From contig JADLKP010000001.1 in the NCBI GenBank assembly GCA_016838945.1, positions 1,608 to 65,607 of the forward strand: DNA of 64,000 nucleotides. Direction: 5' to 3'. The position numbers were made by a program, and so were the translations under genes. Position 1 is the stretch's first letter; each line of letters begins with the position of its first letter. The DNA comes from Methanobrevibacter sp. (GTDB lineage Archaea > Methanobacteriota > Methanobacteria > Methanobacteriales > Methanobacteriaceae). The notes under the pieces are model-generated. The model was given only the letters and a program-made list of their open reading frames with translations, had not been told where the DNA came from and did not search any database. Shown piece by piece: positions 30,419-38,285 of this stretch.

Positions 30419-31384
30419 ATGATATCTAAGCCGGTTTATGATAAGAATTTCAAGAACATTTTTGACATGTATCCTCAGGGAATCCTTGATATCATTCATC
30501 AGGTGATTTCAGATAACTGGTCTGAACTGATTAGGGAAAACTGCCCGCCAGAGATTCGGGAAAAATTCGGCAGGGACATTCTGGAAAGCGATTCCATACA
30601 GATATCATGCGGCGAAGATTTTCGTTTGCACTTTAAGGAAAAGCTTCCGAATGAATTGAATCTAAAAAACGGCATGAGGTTCATTGCTGATGTGCCTTTT
30701 GATACAGATGAGGGTCTGATATTGAATCTTGAGTTTCACTCATCAAAGATAGATTTCGAACAGAGATCAAAGTTTAATGTATATCAGGCGGTATTGCATA
30801 ATGTGCATGGCAAATATGTTTTTACAGTTGTTTTTAGCATGGATAACGACAAGCATGAGATTATTCATCATAAAATCAATCAATTTGATGGGTTTACAAT
30901 GTTTATCATATCGTTAAAGGCTCTAAACAAAAAACAAACTTTAAATAACTGTTCAAATAAAATATCAAACAATATTATAATGTCAGATAAGGAAAAGGCC
31001 CTCTTTCTAATGTGTCCGGCAATGGATGATGGGAATAGGGTTGAGACATTAAAGGAAACCATTCGGCTTACGCAATTGATTGAGACAATAGGCATTCAGG
31101 AGAAAAGGGATATGCTAATGATTTTGTTTAACTTTGCGGATGAATGGTTTGATGGGAATGATTTTAATGAAATAGGAGGTAATGAGATGGTGGTTGAGTT
31201 GACTGAATCTGCTAAGAAGCGTTTGGAGAAGATGGCTATAAAAAGCATAAAAGAGGAAGGTAGGTTGGAAGATAGGATTGATATTATTTCAAGTATTCTT
31301 TCCAAGGGTCTTTCTTTTGAGGAGGTTTCTAGGCTTACTGGTGTAAGTGTTGATGAGATTTCTGATATTGCTAATGGAAAGTGA
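30419..31384 (+). CDS. Rpn/YhgA-like PD-(D/E)XK nuclease family protein with internal in-frame start at 31187
   Basis: YDKNFK N-terminus, FIADVPF..NLEFHS motif; internal AGGAGGT-AATGAG-ATG. Confidence 0.75.
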   Translation: MISKPVYDKNFKNIFDMYPQGILDIIHQVISDNWSELIRENCPPEIREKFGRDILESDSIQISCGEDFRLHFKEKLPNELNLKNGMRFIADVPFDTDEGLILNLEFHSSKIDFEQRSKFNVYQAVLHNVHGKYVFTVVFSMDNDKHEIIHHKINQFDGFTMFIISLKALNKKQTLNNCSNKISNNIIMSDKEKALFLMCPAMDDGNRVETLKETIRLTQLIETIGIQEKRDMLMILFNFADEWFDGNDFNEIGGNEMVVELTESAKKRLEKMAIKSIKEEGRLEDRIDIISSILSKGLSFEEVSRLTGVSVDEISDIANGK

Positions 31385-31418
31385 TTATTTTGGATTTTGA
31401 GTTATTGGAGGTAATGAG

Positions 31419-31652
31419 ATGGTGGTTGAGTTGACTGAATCTGCTAAGAAGCGTTTGGAGAAGATGGCTATAAAAAGCATAAAAGAGGAAGGCCGATTGG
31501 AAGGTAAGTTGGAAGGTAAGTTGGAAGGTAGGTTGGAAGATAGGATTGATATTATTTCAAGTATTCTTTCCAATGGTCTTTCTTTTGAGGAGGTTTCTAG
31601 GCTTACTGGTGTGAGTGTTGATGAGATTTCTGATATTGCAAATGGAAAGTGA
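31419..31652 (+). CDS. Stand-alone copy of the Rpn C-terminal domain (RpnS-like, 77 aa)
   Basis: GGAGGT-AATGAG-ATG; nearly identical to 31187-31384 plus a 36-nt EG(R/K)L expansion. Confidence 0.85.
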   Translation: MVVELTESAKKRLEKMAIKSIKEEGRLEGKLEGKLEGRLEDRIDIISSILSNGLSFEEVSRLTGVSVDEISDIANGK

Positions 31653-31683
31653 ATTGGATTTAAAGTGGATTGGAGGTAATGGG

Positions 31684-31860
31684 ATGGTGGTTTTGACCCC
31701 TGAGGCTAAAAAGCTTAAAGAAGGACTATTTAATCAAGGAATTGAGAAAAGTTTCATAGCTATTGATATGATTAAAAAAGGGGCTGATTTAGAGGAAGTA
31801 TCTAAAGCCACTGGCTTGACTAAAATTCAAATTAATCAGTTATGCACATTAATATTATAA
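31684..31860 (+). CDS. Divergent RpnS-like cassette (58 aa)
   Basis: GGAGGT-AATGGG-ATG; MVVLTPEAKKLKEGLFNQGIEK..MIKKGADLEEVSKATGLTKIQI. Confidence 0.75.
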   Translation: MVVLTPEAKKLKEGLFNQGIEKSFIAIDMIKKGADLEEVSKATGLTKIQINQLCTLIL

Positions 31861-31863
31861 TGA

Positions 31864-32005
31864 TTTTGTAAAAAAATAAGCAAAATTAGTGGAGAAATTT
31901 ATATGTAGTTTTATATGGTAAACTTGTTTATAAAAATTAAGTTGGCATGATTTTATTTTCTTCTACTAGCAAATTATTTAAAAGAGTTTGATCAAATTCA
32001 TTCAA
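31864..32005. repeat. Dispersed element copy; degenerate direct repeat of 30020-30165
   Basis: AAAATTAGTGGAGAAATTTAT..AGTTTTATATGGTAAACTTGTT..TTGATCAAATTCAT. Confidence 0.7.
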
Positions 32006-32012
32006 TCACCTC

Positions 32013-32297
32013 TTAAAAAAAGATAAATGCATTTTCGCTGAATTCATCGATTCCATTGTCCTCTGAGAATTTTATCATATGATTATATATTTCATCGCGT
32101 GTGGAATTTAGAATCTCTTTGCTGGTTCCATTCAGATTATTGAAATGATAGATATAATCTACAGTATCAATGTCTCGCTCTTCCATTATGACAAAATCAC
32201 CTAAAAAATCATATTTTTCAGTGAATTTTTTTAATTCTTCTGTGTACATTTCTTTCTGTGTTTCCATTCTCATTCTGAATCTATCGATTTTTTGCAA
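32013..32297 (-). CDS. Small acidic hypothetical protein
   Basis: GGAGGTGA SD + TTG start; paralog at 29738. Confidence 0.75.
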   Translation of the reverse strand: MQKIDRFRMRMETQKEMYTEELKKFTEKYDFLGDFVIMEERDIDTVDYIYHFNNLNGTSKEILNSTRDEIYNHMIKFSEDNGIDEFSENAFIFF

Positions 32298-32305
32298 TTA
32301 TTTCA

Positions 32306-32463
32306 CCTCCATTTATTTTTAAAATACTTTGTATATGGTATTATATAAAGCTTATCTAAAATTTAAGGTCAATATTCTTGTCATACTGTAAAATTATAGT
32401 TATATGGTAAAAAATAAGCAAAATTAGAGGAGAAATTTATGTATAGTTTTATATAGTAAACTA
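32306..32463. repeat. ~150-bp direct repeat, copy 2
   Basis: Matches 29931-30078. Confidence 0.9.
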
Positions 32464-32554
32464 GAATCTTTTAAATAGTTTACTTGCACAATATATAATT
32501 ATATCAGTTAATCCAATGATTTTAAATTTAAAACGAATGCCGGTGATGAATAGG

Positions 32555-34519
32555 ATGGAAATTATCAATGAAAAGCAAACCCCGAAAAGAAGTTTCAAGA
32601 GAAGTCTGATAGTGTTTATTGGAAACATCATAGGAATATACCTGATAAGCTTTTTAGGCTTGGGAGTCAAGATCAGCTCATTTGATGACATATTCTTTTT
32701 AGTGCTCTTCATCGGTTTGATCAATTCCATCCTCTGGCCTGTGCTGACAAGAATTGCGATGCCGTTTTTGGTTTTGACCTTCGGATTTGGAGCTTTGATA
32801 TTGAATGGAATTCTCCTTGAGGAACTCGCACCATTGTTTTTCGTAGAAATTCAAGGCCCTGCAGTCATTCTTGCCCCATTAGCTATGGCTGCCGTTACAA
32901 CCTTACTCTCCTCATTGATAACAATTGAGGATGACAGTTCATATTACCGTGCTGTTTTTAATGATGCTAAAAAGAAAAGAAAAGCTGAAGTCAAGGATTA
33001 TCCTGGAGTGATAATCGTTGAAATCGACGGGCTTGCCTATGAAGTGCTGCGCGAAGCTGTCGAAAGGGGAGATATGCCAACCGTCAAGGAAATGATTGAG
33101 AGCAATGAGTACACTCTTAGGATGTGGGAAACTGATCTTTCTTCACAAACCGGTGCAAGCCAGGCCGGAATCCTTCATGGAAACAATGAAGGCATCGTCG
33201 CATTCAGATGGATAGAAAAAGGAAACGGCAATCAGATGATGCAATGCTCCGGAATCACCAAAGTCCCTGAACTGGAGGAGAGAATCTCAAATGGAGACGG
33301 TTTGCTTACGGATAATGGAGCAAGCAGAAGCAACCTCTTCTCCGGAGACACTGACAATGTGATATTCACATTCAGCAAGATAATGGATTTTAAGAAGCTC
33401 TACAATAAGGCATGGTATTCCGTATTTTCCAATCCGAGCAATTTTGCACGTATCATCGCATTGTTCATTGCAGATATGGTGCATGAAGTATGGTCACAGA
33501 TTACACATTCCCTAAGAAATGTCAAGCCAAGGATAAAACGTGGAATAGTTTACATTCCAACAAGGGCTGCCACAAACGTCTTCATGAGGGAAATCAACAC
33601 CTCAACACTGATTGGAGACATGATGGTGGGGGATGTTGATGTTGCATACTCAACATATCTGGGCTATGATGAGATAGCCCACCACTCTGGAGTCAGGGAC
33701 AGTGATGCATGGCTAGCCTTAAGGCAAATGGACAAGCAGATCAAACGCTTGATTGATGGAAACAAGTATTCCCCTAGGGAATATCAGTTCGTGATCCAAT
33801 CAGACCACGGCCAAACAAACGGTGCAACATTCACCCAGAGATATGGCGAAAGCTTTGAGGACTTTGTCAAGTCATTGCTGCCTGAAGACATGTCAGTCTT
33901 TGCAAAAATGGATTCAAATGACGACCATTTTGTATCCGACTACACTCCATTTGCAAGAAGGGAAAAGAAAATAGCCAAAGAGGAAAAGGAGGCACAGGAA
34001 TTAAGTGACTCTGAAGTCATCGTATTGGCTTCAGGAAACCTTGCAATGATCTATTTGACACAATGGAGCCAAAGATTGACATATGAGGAGCTTAACAGCT
34101 ATTTCCCTGAACTGATACCAGGAATCATAAATAATGAGTATGTTGGGTTTATTTTAGTTAATTCAGCCGAACATGGTGACTTAGCCATTGGTAAGAATGG
34201 AACATACTATCTTGATAGCGGCAAGATTGATGGTGAAAATCCACTTATTGGGTTTGGAGATAATATTGTCAGACATTTGAAAAGAACAAGTTCATTTGAA
34301 CATACACCGGATATTCTTGTCAACAGCTTTTATGATGAGAGGTCAGATGAGGTATGTGCTTTTGAGGAATTGGTTGGAAGCCATGGAGGAGCAGGGGGAG
34401 ACCAATCCAAGCCATTCATATTGTACCCTTCAAGCTGGAATGTGAGCGATGATGAGATCATTGGTGCAGAAAGCATATATAAGATATTGAAGGAGAATTT
34501 GCTTAAATTGAAAAGGTAG
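32555..34519 (+). CDS. 4-TM holin-like + alkaline phosphatase/phosphodiesterase protein, paralog of 8381..10666
   Basis: EIDGL, DLSSQTGASQAGILHG, YDEIAHHSG and SDHGQ motifs; start chosen by GGTGA SD. Confidence 0.85.
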   Translation: MEIINEKQTPKRSFKRSLIVFIGNIIGIYLISFLGLGVKISSFDDIFFLVLFIGLINSILWPVLTRIAMPFLVLTFGFGALILNGILLEELAPLFFVEIQGPAVILAPLAMAAVTTLLSSLITIEDDSSYYRAVFNDAKKKRKAEVKDYPGVIIVEIDGLAYEVLREAVERGDMPTVKEMIESNEYTLRMWETDLSSQTGASQAGILHGNNEGIVAFRWIEKGNGNQMMQCSGITKVPELEERISNGDGLLTDNGASRSNLFSGDTDNVIFTFSKIMDFKKLYNKAWYSVFSNPSNFARIIALFIADMVHEVWSQITHSLRNVKPRIKRGIVYIPTRAATNVFMREINTSTLIGDMMVGDVDVAYSTYLGYDEIAHHSGVRDSDAWLALRQMDKQIKRLIDGNKYSPREYQFVIQSDHGQTNGATFTQRYGESFEDFVKSLLPEDMSVFAKMDSNDDHFVSDYTPFARREKKIAKEEKEAQELSDSEVIVLASGNLAMIYLTQWSQRLTYEELNSYFPELIPGIINNEYVGFILVNSAEHGDLAIGKNGTYYLDSGKIDGENPLIGFGDNIVRHLKRTSSFEHTPDILVNSFYDERSDEVCAFEELVGSHGGAGGDQSKPFILYPSSWNVSDDEIIGAESIYKILKENLLKLKR

Positions 34520-34607
34520 TTTTGATAAAAATTAGCCAATGGATCTATTTTTTAATTATGTGAGTGGTATACTATATTTTATAAAATGTATTCTTTAACA
34601 ATTTGAA

Positions 34608-34748
34608 GTACTTCATTTAAATGTAGTTAAAAACATTACTTCAAATAAATGAAGTGCTATAAAAAAATGAAGAATGACTTTCAACTTCAAATGAATGAAG
34701 TGCTATAAAAAAATGAAGAATGAATTTCAACTTCAAATGAATGAAGTG
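34608..34748. repeat. 46-bp tandem repeat (2.5 copies), each with an ACTTCA-N6-TGAAGT inverted repeat
   Basis: Units at 34638, 34684 and 34730; related TGAAGTACTTCA just upstream. Confidence 0.9.
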
Positions 34749-34927
34749 ATATGGTCTCCAACTGAGTCTTGTTAACTAATTGTATTGATGATTTAATTTT
34801 ATTTTTTTTAATTTATTAGTTTTGTAAGTTATATTTTTTATTTTTTTTTAATTTATTAGTTTTGTAAGTTATAACTGACAAATTTATATATGAGTATAAT
34901 CTAAATATAGTATTAAGAAGTGATTGT

Positions 34928-36148
34928 ATGATTAAAAGAGAAGAGTATCTTAAAGTTTTTTATAACTATTTGGACACGGATTTTATTAAAATCATTATTG
35001 GATTGCGTAGATGTGGAAAAACAACATTTTTAAAAAGTATTATCGAGGAACTTAAGGGTTTAGGTATTAATGATGAGAATATAATTTACATATCATTTGA
35101 AAATGTGAAATATAGACATATTAAGACCTCAAAAGAATTGGATGAAGTTGTTTTAGATAAAGTTAAAGATATTGAAGGTAAGGTCTATTTGTTGTTTGAT
35201 GAAATTCAATTGGTTGATAAATGGGAAGAGTCAATTAATTCATATAGGGTTTCTTTTGATTCGGATATTTATGTTACTGGATCTAATTCAAAATTATTTT
35301 CATCTGAACTTTCTACATTGGTTGCAGGAAGATATGTTCATATAAACATTTATCCTTTTTCATTTAAAGAAATTTTAAAGTATCATGATGAAATTAACAA
35401 TATTGAAATGGATAAATCTAAAATATATGAATATTTCATGCAATACATGCAATACGGGGGAATGCCTTCATTGCTTTCTTTAAAAGATGAAGACGCCAAA
35501 ATCAATGCACTTTTAGATATCTATGATTCGATTATTATCAGCGATATTCTCTCAAGGCATGAAATCAGAGGAATTGATACATTTAAAAGGTTCATTTATT
35601 ACATTATGAATTCCATTGGACAAACATTCTCTAAAAAAAGCATAGCAAATTTTTTAAAATCCGAAACTAAAAAAACTTCAAGAGAAACCATCAATAATTA
35701 TACAAACTTCATTGTTGAATCACTATTTTGCCATAGGGTGTTACGTGAAGACATATTAGGAAAAAAACTCTTATCTACACAAGAAAAATACTATTTAACT
35801 GATCATGGATTTCACCATGCATTGGTTGATGAAAATAATAAATGGTTAGCTAGAATAATTGAAAACATTGTCTATATTGAACTTTTAAGAAGAGGATATT
35901 CAGTTAAAGTGGGTTGGATTAAAAATAAGGAAGTGGATTTCATAGCTAAAAATAAGAATAATAAAATTTATATTCAAGTTGCTTATCTTTTAGCTTCTGA
36001 TGAAGTAATAGAAAGGGAATTTACACCGTTATTGAACATTCCTGATAAATATGATGCATATGTCTTAAGCATGGATGAATTTAACATGTCTAGGGACGGA
36101 ATAAAACATATGAATATAATTGACTTTTTATTAGGTGATGAAATTTAA
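34928..36148 (+). CDS. AAA_14 ATPase + DUF4143 (COG1373-like)
   Basis: GLRRCGKTT, FDEIQ, VTGSNS, GGMP and KEVDFIA motifs. Confidence 0.9.
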   Translation: MIKREEYLKVFYNYLDTDFIKIIIGLRRCGKTTFLKSIIEELKGLGINDENIIYISFENVKYRHIKTSKELDEVVLDKVKDIEGKVYLLFDEIQLVDKWEESINSYRVSFDSDIYVTGSNSKLFSSELSTLVAGRYVHINIYPFSFKEILKYHDEINNIEMDKSKIYEYFMQYMQYGGMPSLLSLKDEDAKINALLDIYDSIIISDILSRHEIRGIDTFKRFIYYIMNSIGQTFSKKSIANFLKSETKKTSRETINNYTNFIVESLFCHRVLREDILGKKLLSTQEKYYLTDHGFHHALVDENNKWLARIIENIVYIELLRRGYSVKVGWIKNKEVDFIAKNKNNKIYIQVAYLLASDEVIEREFTPLLNIPDKYDAYVLSMDEFNMSRDGIKHMNIIDFLLGDEI

Positions 36149-36210
36149 AAAACGGTTATTTAGGGATTGTCCACTATATGAAACAAATTTCAATTTTTAG
36201 TATATAATTT

Positions 36211-36368
36211 CTATACTGTTATGCCAATGCCAACATGAAGTTGGTTAAAAAGAACCAAAAATTGCATAATCCTGATTCACCTCTCTGATTGGGGACGTTA
36301 AAGGTGGTGATGTTGTAAAAGAGGTTAAAGAACTTAGTTATGTTGATGCACAAACTAGGTTGTTTTAA
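36211..36368 (+). pseudogene. C-terminal remnant of a DUF1848-like protein
   Basis: LYCYANANMKLVKKNQKLHNPDSPL[frameshift]IGDVKGGDVVKEVKELSYVDAQTRLF. Confidence 0.6.
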
Positions 36369-37555
36369 ATGCTTCTAAATGGATATATTCCATTTTTTTC
36401 ATAACTGTTCTTAAGCCAGTATGTGAAAATAGGGTCTGTAATTTGATATTTGTCATTTGCATATTCAATTAAATCATAATCTAGAAGGCGATTTAGTGGT
36501 CGGTTTAGTGATCCGCTGGTTACTTTGAGGAAATTTGCTACTTCTATTCTTTTTTTGGGACTTTCAAGTAGTGAAATTATGATTTTTTGTTCTTGAAATG
36601 TTAATTTAGACCACATATATATGAAATGGATAGCAAGATAATCAATCGAATCCTTGAATAATTCAATGATATTATTTTCAGTTAATTTTATGTTTTCTGG
36701 AAGATATTTTGCAAATATGTTGATGTAATATGGAATTCCACGTGTACATTTGTAAAATCTTTCAAATCCATCATCATCGAGCTGTATGTTTCTTGTCATT
36801 GATTTAATATAGTTTTCAGTGGTTTGTTTTGAAAATGGTTGAATTTCAATTGTCAGCATCCGTCCTCCAAATGCTCCTTTATTGCCATTCAAATCATTTA
36901 TTAAACTATCTTTTAAGCTCATGCTTCCGCAGAATAGGTATGCAACATTTTTTTGTGTTTGGATGAAACTGCGCATATACCATAAAAATCCATTCAGCTC
37001 ATCACCCAAATCTTTCATTAATTGGATTTCATCAATGAATATGAAAACTCCTTTCAGTTTATCTTTATTGTCTTCATAAATTTTTTGAGGTAATTCCATT
37101 ACAAATTCCGCTAATTTTTCATAATTGTCTTCCCTTTCGAATATTGGAATTGGAATGTGTTCGTAGGATAAAAGTTTATCTATTTTGAAATTTTTTGTTT
37201 TAAAATATTTTTCTATTTGCTTGTTGATTGTTTTTAAGCCAAATTCTTTGGATGATTTGATAATTGTGTCATAAATTATTTTAATTATGCTTGCTCTTGT
37301 GAGGTTTTTCTGTTGGTATGCATCGCTTCTGGATAAGTCGATGTCCACAACCAAATATTCTCTTTTGAACTTGCTTTTGATTTTTTTGATGAGTGCTGTT
37401 TTTCCAACTCCTCTAATCCCTGTTAGAAGTATTGTGGGTGCGGAATTGAATTCAGTGCTAATTAATAAGTTTGATAATATGTTGATTTCATCTGTTCGGT
37501 TGAAAAATTGTGTTTCGGTTAAATTTGTGTCTGTTATGCTTGCAATTTCATCCAT
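36365..37555 (-). CDS. Archaeal ATPase (ATPase_2-like) with C-terminal winged helix
   Basis: FFNRTDE, GIRGVGKT, IDEIQ, CGS and TRGIPYYI motifs. Confidence 0.88.
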   Translation of the reverse strand: MDEIASITDTNLTETQFFNRTDEINILSNLLISTEFNSAPTILLTGIRGVGKTALIKKIKSKFKREYLVVDIDLSRSDAYQQKNLTRASIIKIIYDTIIKSSKEFGLKTINKQIEKYFKTKNFKIDKLLSYEHIPIPIFEREDNYEKLAEFVMELPQKIYEDNKDKLKGVFIFIDEIQLMKDLGDELNGFLWYMRSFIQTQKNVAYLFCGSMSLKDSLINDLNGNKGAFGGRMLTIEIQPFSKQTTENYIKSMTRNIQLDDDGFERFYKCTRGIPYYINIFAKYLPENIKLTENNIIELFKDSIDYLAIHFIYMWSKLTFQEQKIIISLLESPKKRIEVANFLKVTSGSLNRPLNRLLDYDLIEYANDKYQITDPIFTYWLKNSYEKNGIYPFRSI

Positions 37556-37727
37556 TTGCTTCCCTCCTGTAATGTATTTTTCATTATATAATTTTATGTA
37601 TTGTATTTTGAATTATATAATTAATTTTTCATTATATGTTGTAATATAATGTATTTTTCATTATATATAATCTTGATTATTTTTTTTTTAAAATTATGGT
37701 TCAATTAAGTATTGCATAACTTAATTT

Positions 37728-37947
37728 CTGCTAATGGGTGATGTTGCAAGGAGATTAAAAAACTGGCATTGCCTTTGATGCTGTCAATGATGGTAATTTC
37801 ACTATACAATACCATCGATTCCTTTTGGGGTGCAGTCTTGGCGCAGACCAGCTTGCAGCAGTCGGATTTGCAATACCGTTGGAATTTTTAATAATAATCA
37901 TTGGAGCAATTCTTGGAGCAGGTATCACATCTGTGGTGTCAAAATAT
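37728..37947 (+). pseudogene. N-terminal remnant of a MATE efflux transporter
   Basis: LLMGDVA..IKKLALPLMLSMMVISLYNTIDSFW..LGADQLAAVGF with two frameshifts. Confidence 0.8.
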
Positions 37948-38180
37948 GCATTTAAATTTTTAAAGGTTTGTTCGTGTTTTTATGCTTTTTATATATAGGT
38001 GTCCAATCTTTTGGATATTTGATATGGATTTTTATGAATAATTGCAAATATTTTTTTCTAGCTGATTGTTTTATATTTACAGCAATTTATCATTATTAAA
38101 AATTTATCTGAAACTGCATTTTCCTATTTTTCACTTAAATAACTAAAAGCAGCTGTTTTTTATATAAAATGCAAATATTT

Positions 38181-38202
38181 ATATTTAGGTATACCTAAAT
38201 AT
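38181..38202. promoter_or_regulatory. 22-bp palindrome ATATTTAGGTATACCTAAATAT in the adhesin promoter
   Basis: Identical core to 10921-10946; overlaps TTTATAT at 38178-38184. Confidence 0.7.
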
Positions 38203-38285
38203 TAAAGTATGCATATAATATTTATTAACTTAATTTAGTTTAGTTATATGATATGCACTATATTTTTAAAAATCTAAAGCGATAG

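Noticed and set aside
34638-34748. Possible mini-CRISPR
   Set aside because: Whole 46-bp unit repeats, including the would-be spacer
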